Shown here: in pieces, positions 1 to 8,378 of the stretch
How the letters are laid out: each line of letters starts with the position of its first letter
Numbering within the stretch: position 1 is the stretch's first letter
Source of the DNA: Faecousia sp.
GTDB lineage: Bacteria > Bacillota > Clostridia > Oscillospirales > Oscillospiraceae
DNA: 32,743 bases
NCBI GenBank assembly: GCA_045611745.1
Contig: JAZKXS010000018.1
Location: forward strand, 1-32,743
Reading direction: 5' to 3'
Notes under the pieces: generated by a model
Told to the model about the DNA's origin: nothing
Database searches by the model: none
What the model saw: the letters and a program-made list of their open reading frames with translations, nothing else
Translations under genes and position numbers: made by a program

Positions 1-75
1 AAATAATGGGTGGAAAATCGGAGCTGAAATTGCCTTTTGGAATATAATATAGGACATAAATAAGCAAAAGAAGAT

Positions 76-99
76 TCCCGAAAAAGAGTGGGAATAATT
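76..99 (+). repeat. Left copy of direct repeat, putative att site (guaA 3'-end-like core)
   Basis: TCCCG-AAAAA-GAGTGGGAATAATT; the last 14 bp are identical to 21504-21517; GAG TGG GAA TAA reads E-W-E-stop like the GuaA C-terminus. Confidence 0.6.
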
Positions 100-113
100 G
101 CATATTAACTCTC

Positions 114-149
114 AGTGGGATGAAATCGTGTGATTTCAGCCCACTTTTT
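114..149 (+). terminator. Rho-independent terminator
   Basis: AGTGGGATGAAATC-GTGT-GATTTCAGCCCACT stem followed by T run. Confidence 0.7.
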
Positions 150-297
150 CTCTTTGCTTTGTAGTATTCTTATCAGCGATGATAAGGATTTGATAAGCAT
201 TATGAAATAACAGTAGAAATCGCAATAAATTTATTTTATAATACAGTTAGACAAACTTGAATTTGGCGGACGGTAATCCATTTCTTTTAAAAAGGTA

Positions 298-328
298 TTG
301 ACTCTCACGTTCCGTTATAGTGTATGAT
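298..328 (+). promoter_or_regulatory. MerR-type promoter with 19-bp spacer and internal dyad
   Basis: TTGACT (298-303), 19 bp, TATGAT (323-328); dyad ACTCTCACG-TTC-CGTTATAGT overlaps -35 and spacer. Confidence 0.8.
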
Positions 329-348
329 CTCCTTGTGAGGTGATAAAA

Positions 349-1074
349 TTGAAAATGCAGATTAAAGAATTTGCTGATTTTACGGGAGTAAGTGTGCGCA
401 CACTACATTATTACGATGAAATAGGATTGTTGCGGCCTGCCTTTGTTGATAGGGCTACCGGCTATCGTTTTTACGATGAAAAATCTTTTCTTCGTATGCA
501 AGAGATTCTCTTTTACCGTGAACTGGATTTTTCCTTAAAAAGCATTGATGAGATTTTGTCATCCCCGAATTATGACAAAAGCAAGGCGCTAACCGAGCAA
601 AAACAGCTCCTCATACTTAAAAAAGAGCGGTTAGAGCGGTTGATTTCTGCTATTGACGGTGCCGTGAAAGGAGAAAATGTTATGAAAGCATTTGACAACA
701 GCGAGTTTGAAAAGTATAAGGCAGAAGCCAAAGAAAAATGGGGCAAAACGGATGCATACAAGGAACATGCAGAACGGACTAAGAACTACTCCAAGCAGAA
801 ATGGAATGCCCTTGCCGAGGGAATGGACCATATTATGGCAGAGTTTGCGCTCTGTATGAGAAAGAACGAAAGTCCTGATTCCACCGAAGCACAAAACCTT
901 GTAAAAATGCTGCAGAACCATATCACCGAGAATTACTATGTCTGCACGAATGAAATTTTGGCAGGTCTCGGTCAGATGTATGTAGCGGACGAGCGCTTTA
1001 GGGATAATATTGATAAACATGCTGACGGCACTGCTACGTTTATCTGTGAAGCAATTGCGGTGTATTGCGCATAA
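349..1074 (+). CDS. MerR-family transcriptional regulator with TipAS-type C-terminal domain (TipA/Mta-like)
   Basis: GVSVRTLHYYDEIGLL..GYRFY MerR HTH; EAKEKWG and GLGQMYVADERF TipAS motifs; RBS GAGGTG favours TTG349 (or ATG355). Confidence 0.9.
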   Translation: MKMQIKEFADFTGVSVRTLHYYDEIGLLRPAFVDRATGYRFYDEKSFLRMQEILFYRELDFSLKSIDEILSSPNYDKSKALTEQKQLLILKKERLERLISAIDGAVKGENVMKAFDNSEFEKYKAEAKEKWGKTDAYKEHAERTKNYSKQKWNALAEGMDHIMAEFALCMRKNESPDSTEAQNLVKMLQNHITENYYVCTNEILAGLGQMYVADERFRDNIDKHADGTATFICEAIAVYCA

Positions 1075-1136
1075 TAATGTTGTTAGGGCAACAACCACCC
1101 GAAACAACTGCATGACCCAGTGTAGCTGTATGATTC

Positions 1137-1182
1137 AACCATCCCGGTTCAGCCGCCTAAGGCTTAGCTGGGATGATTTTTT
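1137..1182 (+). terminator. Rho-independent terminator
   Basis: ATCCCGGTTCAGCC/GGCTTAGCTGGGAT stem with G-U pairs, then T run. Confidence 0.6.
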
Positions 1183-1282
1183 GTGTCGTGCAATAGGTTT
1201 CACAGAAACTGGCGCGCCGCTTGCCCACTGACCACAAAAGTTTTGATTTGTATTCGAAGAATTGTTTTATCAAAACTTTCTC

Positions 1283-1311
1283 TTTACAGTTGCTGCCAAT
1301 TCTCGTATAAT
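1283..1311 (+). promoter_or_regulatory. sigma-A promoter of ABC transporter
   Basis: TTTACA-17 bp-TATAAT. Confidence 0.7.
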
Positions 1312-1346
1312 TAAAGGTAGAATATGCAACTATCGAGGAATGAAAA

Positions 1347-3065
1347 ATGGAAAGGTTACTACAATTCTTCCGATCTCGCTCTCTGCGGGAAATGCTGCAG
1401 GAGCTTGCCTGGCTCAGCAGATACAGTCTGCACTACAAAAAGGAAGTGCTTTTGTACATATTCATTGGAGTGCTGGGTACAGTAGTCAGTCTGATCGGCA
1501 GTATTCTCAGCAAGCACATCATTGATGCAGTTACAGGCTTCAATACCAGTGGCATTATTACAGCGCTTGTATTTTTTGTACTTATGCAGCTGTTTCAGAT
1601 CCTGGTGCGAGCTGTCTCCGGTAGGATAAGCGCACAGGTCAGTATTCACGTTAATCAGCAAATCACCGCTCAGGTCTATGATAAGCTGCTGGTCACCGAC
1701 TGGGAGGCGTTGTCAGCCTACCATTCAGGCGATATTTTGACTCGCGTGGCGGGAGATGTCACCACAGTTTCCTCCAGTGTGCTTGGCTGGGTTCCGGAGC
1801 TCTTGACCCGGCTGTTACAATTTGTCGGTACTTTATGCGTGATTCTTTACTATGATGCCACCCTGGCGATCCTTGCCCTGCTCAGCGCTCCGGTCACATT
1901 GCTGATGAGTCGTTATGTAATCAAAATGATGCGACATCACAATCAAAAAATGCGGCAGCTAAGTAGTGAGATGATGATCTTTAACGAAGAATCCCTCCAA
2001 AATATCCAGCTGATCAAATCCTTCGACCGGACGGATGCTTATAGTCAAAAGCATCGAAAACTGCAGCAGCGATTCAAGGATGCGTCTATGGAATACAACC
2101 GTTTTTCTATTCATAAGAACACCCTTATGTCGCTGGCAGGCACGGTTGTTGCGCTGGTATGCTTCTGTTGGGCTATATACAGGCTCTGGTCCGGCCATAT
2201 AACCTATGGTACTATGACGTTGTTCTTGCAGCTTTCCGGTTCTCTGACGGCCGCCTTCGCAGCGCTGGCAAGCCTTATTCCCGGAACGATCAGTGCGACT
2301 ACTGCGGCACGACGCATTATGGCCATTATGGAGCTTCCTGTTGAGGATCGGAGCGATGCTGCGGTTGCAGAATCTTTTGTGCAAGAGCATATGGCCTCCT
2401 CGCTTAGAGTCGAAGCAAAGGGTCTTTCCTATCATTATGAAGATGGTATGCCGGTTTTATCTGACAGCGATTTCGTTGCGGATGCAGGCCAGATTGTTAC
2501 CTTTGTGGGCCCTTCCGGAGAAGGAAAAACCACCTTACTGCGCCTTTTGCTGGGAATTATTCGTCCCCAGGGCGGCACTCTGAAGCTCAGCGCAGAGGAT
2601 GGAAGCTATATTGATGTATCCGCTTGTACAAGATCGTTGTTTGCCTATGTGCCGCAGGGAAACACCTTCTTTTCCGGTACCATACGTGAAAATCTGCAGA
2701 TAATTTGTCCGAATGCTACAGATGTACAACTGTATGATGTCCTTCGATTGGCTTGCGCAGAGGATTTTGTCCGGGCGCTTCCCCTTGGACTGGACACACC
2801 GGTGCGGGAACAGGGCGGCGGTTTTTCAGAAGGACAGCTGCAACGGCTGTGCATTGCCAGAGCCCTTCTTTCAAATGCACCGATTCTCCTGCTTGATGAG
2901 GCCACCAGTGCGTTGGATTCTGAAACAGAAAAGAAGGTCCTGGATAATATTATGCGCTCTCAAAAGGGACGTACCTGCGTTATCACCACGCACCGCCCCA
3001 GCGTATTGGAGATCAGTCACCGAATCTACCGCATCCAAAACGACCGGATTGAGCCGGTGCACTAA
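1347..3065 (+). CDS. ABC exporter, fused permease + ATPase (no C39 peptidase domain)
   Basis: N-terminal multi-TM domain; Walker A GPSGEGKTT, Q-loop YVPQ, signature FSEGQLQR, Walker B LLLDEATSALD, H-loop THR. Confidence 0.92.
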   Translation: MERLLQFFRSRSLREMLQELAWLSRYSLHYKKEVLLYIFIGVLGTVVSLIGSILSKHIIDAVTGFNTSGIITALVFFVLMQLFQILVRAVSGRISAQVSIHVNQQITAQVYDKLLVTDWEALSAYHSGDILTRVAGDVTTVSSSVLGWVPELLTRLLQFVGTLCVILYYDATLAILALLSAPVTLLMSRYVIKMMRHHNQKMRQLSSEMMIFNEESLQNIQLIKSFDRTDAYSQKHRKLQQRFKDASMEYNRFSIHKNTLMSLAGTVVALVCFCWAIYRLWSGHITYGTMTLFLQLSGSLTAAFAALASLIPGTISATTAARRIMAIMELPVEDRSDAAVAESFVQEHMASSLRVEAKGLSYHYEDGMPVLSDSDFVADAGQIVTFVGPSGEGKTTLLRLLLGIIRPQGGTLKLSAEDGSYIDVSACTRSLFAYVPQGNTFFSGTIRENLQIICPNATDVQLYDVLRLACAEDFVRALPLGLDTPVREQGGGFSEGQLQRLCIARALLSNAPILLLDEATSALDSETEKKVLDNIMRSQKGRTCVITTHRPSVLEISHRIYRIQNDRIEPVH

Positions 3066-3078
3066 AAGCAACAAGCTA

Positions 3079-3119
3079 AAAATCGCCACGACAGATATTG
3101 GGCCTGTCGTGGCGATTTT
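3079..3119. terminator. Bidirectional terminator between convergent ABC gene and operon
   Basis: AAAATCGCCACGACAG-loop-CTGTCGTGGCGATTTT. Confidence 0.85.
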
Positions 3120-3120
3120 A

Positions 3121-4470
3121 TTAAAATAAGTTTGTATGATAATTATTCAGGATAAAACCACAAACCTCAGGAGCACTTTTTCTCAGACGGTCAAGTCCGT
3201 TGTTGATGGAATCGGTGGGCATAAAATCTGCGCGTGCCACCAATAGTGCGGTGTCCACCATAGTTGCCAAGGCCTCTGCATCTGCAGCAGCCAACATAGG
3301 CGGTGTATCCAGTATGATATAATCCATCTGCGTACGAAGCTGCTGCAACAGCACGGGGAGTCTGCCGTTGTTTAGCAGCTTGGTAACGCTCCTGCCGGAA
3401 TTTTGGCTGATACCCAGAAATATGCCATGCTTCTTGCTTTCTGTGAGGCAGGATGAAGGATCCGTTTTCTTTTGTAAAAGATAGGAGGTAAGTGCCTTTT
3501 CATTTCCTGCGGGCATATCAAATATTTTGTGCAGAGAAGGCTTGCGGAAATCGCAATCCAATAATGTTACCCGCCGTCCTTTCTCTGACAAGGCTAAAGC
3601 CAGATTTGCCGCGATTGTGGATTTTCCTTCATTTTCACCCACACTGGTAATAAGAATCACCTGTTGCCCTCGCTTTCGCATATGGTATTCCAAGGCGGAA
3701 CACAGGCTCAAATTATCCTCAATAAAATCCTTTTTGATCAGGGAATTGGTGATCAATGGTGCAGTATTTCTTTTGCGAAGCCTTGACCGGAGCGTTTTAT
3801 TTTTCTTTTCGTGGTTTATGGTACGCAGAAGTCTTGCATCAATCTTTCGCCGTGCCGCCTTCGGCGTTTTTACGGTGTCGCGCAGAAGATATATTGCAAC
3901 GATTGCTCCGACGGCCGATAACCCGCTAAGAAGCAAGACTGCCGGATACATGGACTCCACATCCAGCGGATTGGAGGGAGCTACCGGAACGATGGGATCC
4001 TTAATTACTTCCAGCTGGGCGTTGGAAAACACATAATCCGATATGGAACTATAGTTATCCACCAATAGGTTCAAGGCCCGGAAGGAGGTATCCGGCTCCT
4101 CTGACGTAACAGTAACGATCAGAAGATTGGTTTCGGGTATCGTTACCGTATTGACCGTTCCGCTAAAGCGCTGATCTGGCATTTGCTCTTGTATTTTCTC
4201 TCGCAACACATTGCTTTGGAACACCTCAGCAAAAACGGAAGCCATGCTTTGTGTGGTGGTTAGCGAGTTATAGGCACTGGTTGCGTCCTTTGCACTAACC
4301 ATGAAGGTGGCAGAAGAAGTGTAAAAGGGGCTGTAGGTCAAGTTACGCACAGAGTTATAACACAAAATTGCACTGATGCAAAACACTATGATTATCCACA
4401 GATTTTTCAACAACAAATGCATGAGACTGTGAAAGTTGATTTCATCAAGGTGCATCAATTTTTCTCCCAT
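3121..4470 (-). CDS. Wzc-like fused polysaccharide co-polymerase/BY tyrosine kinase; intact catalytic motifs, no C-terminal Tyr cluster
   Basis: Two TM segments flanking a Wzz-like loop; Walker A SVGENEGKST, A' LDCDFRKP, B IILDTPP; ends FILNNYHTNLF. Confidence 0.85.
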   Translation of the reverse strand: MGEKLMHLDEINFHSLMHLLLKNLWIIIVFCISAILCYNSVRNLTYSPFYTSSATFMVSAKDATSAYNSLTTTQSMASVFAEVFQSNVLREKIQEQMPDQRFSGTVNTVTIPETNLLIVTVTSEEPDTSFRALNLLVDNYSSISDYVFSNAQLEVIKDPIVPVAPSNPLDVESMYPAVLLLSGLSAVGAIVAIYLLRDTVKTPKAARRKIDARLLRTINHEKKNKTLRSRLRKRNTAPLITNSLIKKDFIEDNLSLCSALEYHMRKRGQQVILITSVGENEGKSTIAANLALALSEKGRRVTLLDCDFRKPSLHKIFDMPAGNEKALTSYLLQKKTDPSSCLTESKKHGIFLGISQNSGRSVTKLLNNGRLPVLLQQLRTQMDYIILDTPPMLAAADAEALATMVDTALLVARADFMPTDSINNGLDRLRKSAPEVCGFILNNYHTNLF

Positions 4471-4471
4471 T

Positions 4472-5296
4472 TCAGTCCTGCCTTTCTGTTACGACCACGG
4501 TAAGAGGTGCATATCCGGACAATTTGCCATCCTGATAGCTATAAACCAGCTGATAACATCCGGGTTTATTTACATCCAGATTCCCTTGAATTGCTACTTT
4601 TTTTGCATCTAAGACAGTGGCGTTGCGATCTGTCACGACGGCAAGCCATTGCGTGGGATCAAAGGTTTGCCCCTGCTGTACATATACGATATATCGGTGA
4701 AGCTTAACAATAGCGGTGCTTTCTTTGCTTTCGTAAGTAACCCAAAGAGTAATCTGCGCCGTATCGCCGCAAGAATTGGAAACCTCCAGTACCACCGGGT
4801 AATTTCCCACAGAGTAATTATTCACCATATTGGAGATCACACGGATATGGTCAGAAATATCGCCGTCGATGCTGTCCTCCACACGGATGTGATCTATAAG
4901 GTCGAAGGAACTTCCAACTGTATAGACCGGAGCCTTTTCTAAAGAAAACACCGGGGGTGTATAATCGTTGTAGTGCACCAGGCGGGACAGGGTGGCGGAG
5001 TTATTATGGCTGTCAAAGACCACATATTTTACGCGCACAGTACCCGGTTCCAAAAAATGGGATATAGATGCCACCATAATCTGCGCTGTCAGATCGCCGT
5101 CAGTTGCGTCCTGTGCGTAAAGCTCTCGATATATGGCTTCGGGAGGATCTTGCACACTGATTTCCAGCAATTCAACCGCACTGGTAATTTCCGGATAATC
5201 TGTATTCAGATTGCGGTTGTGTTGATAATTGGCCCAACCTGCAAGCAGCAGGCTAAAAACGAATGCGATCACGGTGAAGATTCGTAAATATCGCAT
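4472..5296 (-). CDS. Membrane-anchored/secreted protein with bacterial Ig-like (DUF5011-like) repeats
   Basis: N-terminal hydrophobic helix; repeats AQDATDGDLT..VKYVVFDSHNN and VEDSIDGDIS..LEVSNSCG. Confidence 0.65.
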   Translation of the reverse strand: MRYLRIFTVIAFVFSLLLAGWANYQHNRNLNTDYPEITSAVELLEISVQDPPEAIYRELYAQDATDGDLTAQIMVASISHFLEPGTVRVKYVVFDSHNNSATLSRLVHYNDYTPPVFSLEKAPVYTVGSSFDLIDHIRVEDSIDGDISDHIRVISNMVNNYSVGNYPVVLEVSNSCGDTAQITLWVTYESKESTAIVKLHRYIVYVQQGQTFDPTQWLAVVTDRNATVLDAKKVAIQGNLDVNKPGCYQLVYSYQDGKLSGYAPLTVVVTERQD

Positions 5297-5310
5297 GTCA
5301 CACCTCTTCT

Positions 5311-6033
5311 CTATATATCGTTATCACAGCATATACCCATGGGGTTTTCATACATCATGCACCTGGCATAATGTTTAGAAAACCGCAAGCTCAAATGGTC
5401 ATAAACAGCCATTAGAAAATTGCTCCGATGATGCAGTCCGTGCGCATCGCTGGCGACACAGGCTACAAAATCCTGCTGCAGCAAAAATGCAGCGGTGTGC
5501 TGGACAGTCTTACCGTATTCTCCCAAGATGCTACCGCCTGTAAGCTGCAAATGGCAGCCCATATCCAGCCAGGGTGCGACGATTTGCGGCTTTTCGCATA
5601 CCGAGAGATACCGCTCCGGATGGGCGACTAAGGGGATATATCCAAGCGCCAGGATGCTTTGCAGGGCATCCTGAAAAAAATCAGGACTTGCATCTACGGG
5701 AAATTCCGTAAGTAAATAGCGGCTTCCGTTGATCGTAGGGATCTTTTTCTGACAAAGCAGTTGGGGCAGCAGCTCGTCCACCAGAACCTCCGCACCCAGG
5801 ACCAAATGTACCGGAATATCCTTTGCAGATTGTTGCAGCTGCAAAAAGCGATTCGAAAGGTTGTCATCCAAATAGTTGCGCTTTTCATAAGGCCTGTTGC
5901 AGTGCGGTGTTACAGCCAGCAACTCCACATCGCTGGCTGCAGCATTGCGGAGCATTTGCAGCGCATATTCCATTGTCGATGCACCATCATCTACACCAGG
6001 TAATAAATGGGTATGCAGATCACATAATTTCAT
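5311..6033 (-). CDS. PHP-family tyrosine-protein phosphatase (CpsB/CapC/YwqE-like)
   Basis: DLHTHLLPGVDDG, TPH, AHPERY and ASDAH motifs. Confidence 0.92.
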   Translation of the reverse strand: MKLCDLHTHLLPGVDDGASTMEYALQMLRNAAASDVELLAVTPHCNRPYEKRNYLDDNLSNRFLQLQQSAKDIPVHLVLGAEVLVDELLPQLLCQKKIPTINGSRYLLTEFPVDASPDFFQDALQSILALGYIPLVAHPERYLSVCEKPQIVAPWLDMGCHLQLTGGSILGEYGKTVQHTAAFLLQQDFVACVASDAHGLHHRSNFLMAVYDHLSLRFSKHYARCMMYENPMGICCDNDI

Positions 6034-7334
6034 TGGTTTCCTTCTTCTTCAGCAGCATACTTGCCACCATTTTTATCCCCATAGCTGCCGTATCGACCGT
6101 AATGATAACCCTTTCCGTAGCCATAGCCATAGCCGTATCCGTAGCCGGTAATGCCGGAGCGAACGCCGGTCAGTACACAGCCGATCAGTTTGGCATCAAA
6201 TTGGTTCAAGTCTTCAAAACAGTTCATGACCCGAGGCAGTTTGCAGTAGTCTTGCCGGATCACATACAAAATAGCCTCTGCCTGTTCCGCCAGCGGGGCT
6301 ACGTTAGCAAGTGTCTCGCAAGCCGGGGCATCGATGAGAATATAATCCGCTTCCTTTTGCGCTTGACTAAGCTGCTCCAATGTCCAGGTACTGCCATTCA
6401 AGAGAACAACCTTTTTTTCTTGCTCTATCAGTGCATCGGCCAGATTCTGTGCTACCGTGGAGGTGCCTTCCTTAGACATAGTGGCCGTAATTAACAGAAT
6501 TTTTCTGCTCTCCATCATTCTTGCCGTTTGCAGCGCAAGTCCCCGGAAACTTTCCTTAAAGGGTGTTCCTACCTTGCTGTTATGAATAGACAAGTCAATT
6601 GTTTTACGGTTTCCTTTTGGCACCACCATGGGAATAGAGCCAAGGCAGTTGGAATGCAGCTTTTCGATAATATCCGTTTCTTTACAAACTGTATTTCGCA
6701 TAAGTGCGTGCAACAGCACAATAACCATACCTATGACGAAGCCGGTCATGCATCCTGTTGCGGTGAACTTCATATGTTGCGTGCTGTTATAGGGCGTGGA
6801 CGGAAATTCCGGATAATCGATCATATTCAACTTTGTTTTGCCGATGACATACTCCGCCACCGAAGGGTAATTTTTGACCAATGCCTGCAGAATATCGTAA
6901 GCAGCTTGCGGGTTCCGGCTGGTAACGGACAGCGTAAATAGATTGGAATTATAAATTACCTTTGCTCTGGGAGTTCCGTTTAGATACTCCACACCCAGAT
7001 CTGCCTTTACCCGATCCAACAGCAGATCACTTTCCAATAAATAAGGAAAGGTCAGTGCCATCTGCGCTGCTGTGTGGTTATCATAGAAAAAAGTGTAACC
7101 GCTTTGGGTTGGATTATATGTCTCAACGGTAAAGGTTGTCTCTACTCTATACATAGGCTGATAGGATTTTATGCTATGCAGCAGCGCACCTATGGAAGCA
7201 ATTGCTGCCAGTAAAATCACCAATCCCCACAGTTTTCCAAAGCTGCGAAGAAAGTCTCGAAAAAGTACAAACAAATCGATCCCTAATATATCTTCCTGTG
7301 TATTAAATTGTGGTGTATTCTTTTTATCTTCCAT
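6030..7334 (-). CDS. Wzc-like co-polymerase with degenerate kinase domain and Gly-Tyr-rich tail
   Basis: Wzz-like N-terminus with two TMs; Walker A reads MSKEGTST (no catalytic Lys), A' motif absent, B reads LIDAP; tail GYGYGYGYGYGKGYHYGRYGSYG; start ATG7334 (alt TTG7340). Confidence 0.8.
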   Translation of the reverse strand: MEDKKNTPQFNTQEDILGIDLFVLFRDFLRSFGKLWGLVILLAAIASIGALLHSIKSYQPMYRVETTFTVETYNPTQSGYTFFYDNHTAAQMALTFPYLLESDLLLDRVKADLGVEYLNGTPRAKVIYNSNLFTLSVTSRNPQAAYDILQALVKNYPSVAEYVIGKTKLNMIDYPEFPSTPYNSTQHMKFTATGCMTGFVIGMVIVLLHALMRNTVCKETDIIEKLHSNCLGSIPMVVPKGNRKTIDLSIHNSKVGTPFKESFRGLALQTARMMESRKILLITATMSKEGTSTVAQNLADALIEQEKKVVLLNGSTWTLEQLSQAQKEADYILIDAPACETLANVAPLAEQAEAILYVIRQDYCKLPRVMNCFEDLNQFDAKLIGCVLTGVRSGITGYGYGYGYGYGKGYHYGRYGSYGDKNGGKYAAEEEGNQ

Positions 7335-7336
7335 AA

Positions 7337-7603
7337 TCAATCTTCCAATAACTGTAGCTTACGCAGCTTATCGCAAAATTCCGATATATCTGTTTGCGCC
7401 TCATCGGCAGAGACATCAAACGCATCTGTAACGGCTTTTACGATGCTTTCAAGATTTGTTCCCTGCGCCAGGTGGTCCCAAATGATTTTGCTAACATCGT
7501 TGAGCAGGATCATCCCGTTCAGCCGTAAGGCTGTCTGTTCTACCGGGATCGCTACGATGTTATCCATAACTTGTCGCACTACAAATTCTCCGCATAATTT
7601 CAT
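7337..7603 (-). CDS. PqqD-family protein / RiPP recognition element
   Basis: 88 aa from ATG7603 (RBS GAGGTG); FVVRQV..LNDVSKIIWDHL..FDVSADEAQTDISEFCDKL pattern typical of PqqD. Confidence 0.88.
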   Translation of the reverse strand: MKLCGEFVVRQVMDNIVAIPVEQTALRLNGMILLNDVSKIIWDHLAQGTNLESIVKAVTDAFDVSADEAQTDISEFCDKLRKLQLLED

Positions 7604-7604
7604 A

Positions 7605-8378
7605 TTACACCTCAGAATCATAGGTCAACACCATCACCACTCGACTGGTCTGGCTGGTATAATGGGAAGGTTGGATCGTAACACTTGCTCCGGCACCTAA
7701 CCTTGAGATCCGGACGGCAAAGGCAATTCCTCCAACAAACAGCTTTTCATTTTCCATATAGTACTTATAAAAAACACGGACGGTAGGGATTGTTTCATTT
7801 GTTAAATTCTTAACGGTTATCGTGTTATCACCATTATCGACGACTTGAACCTTGCCCTCAGACATTTCCATATTTGCCCGTTGGACAATCAAAGCAGACG
7901 CAGAAGTGACCTTACTTTCTGGGATAGTTTTTCCGGTCTTTTCCTGCACCACCAATTGTTCACCTGCTGGCAACGCAGAAACGTCAAAGAGCAGCTCTTC
8001 TTGTCCGCAGACAATGCGGATACGGGTGTACTCCACGGGGAAATCGCCGTTGTTTTTTACCAGTAGCATGGCCACGTTTTCGATGTTTGCGTTGGAGCCA
8101 TCTTCTACAAACATTCCGTTATAGGGCGCCATCCTTTCAATGATCAGATCATATCCGGGGATTTGGCAGGGGAACGAAATGCCAATCTCTTCGCCGGTTT
8201 CCGGATCTTTTTCCGGCGGAATCACCACAGTAGGAGGCAGATCCTCGGGGGGTGTGGTGGGGTCTGTTTGAAAAATATCGAAAATAGAATTTTTCACCTG
8301 TTCTGCACAGCCTGCAAAAATCAAAAGAACAACGCAAAGAGTACCGACAAGTATCTTCAAACGATTTTTCTTACTCAC
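7605..8378 (-). CDS. Putative lipoprotein of unknown function
   Basis: GTG8378 with RBS GGAGGA overlaps the rSAM stop; basic N-region, hydrophobic stretch, lipobox FAG-C, Pro/Thr linker, beta-rich body. Confidence 0.7.
   Translation of the reverse strand: MSKKNRLKILVGTLCVVLLIFAGCAEQVKNSIFDIFQTDPTTPPEDLPPTVVIPPEKDPETGEEIGISFPCQIPGYDLIIERMAPYNGMFVEDGSNANIENVAMLLVKNNGDFPVEYTRIRIVCGQEELLFDVSALPAGEQLVVQEKTGKTIPESKVTSASALIVQRANMEMSEGKVQVVDNGDNTITVKNLTNETIPTVRVFYKYYMENEKLFVGGIAFAVRISRLGAGASVTIQPSHYTSQTSRVVMVLTYDSEV

Noticed and set aside
2-97. Reading frame NNGWKIGAEIAFWNII*DINKQKKIPEKEWE* as gene end, guaA itself or stop read-through
   Set aside because: In-frame TAG at 50-52; only the final EWE matches GuaA, better explained as an att remnant
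251-265. Quasi-palindrome ACAAACTTGAATTTG, reminiscent of motifs near mobile cassettes in Firmicutes
   Set aside because: Only one copy noticed; cannot be supported without a search
6113-6146. Hexamer-like repeat as a phase-variable microsatellite
   Set aside because: Encodes the Gly-Tyr tail with varied synonymous codons; protein-level repeat
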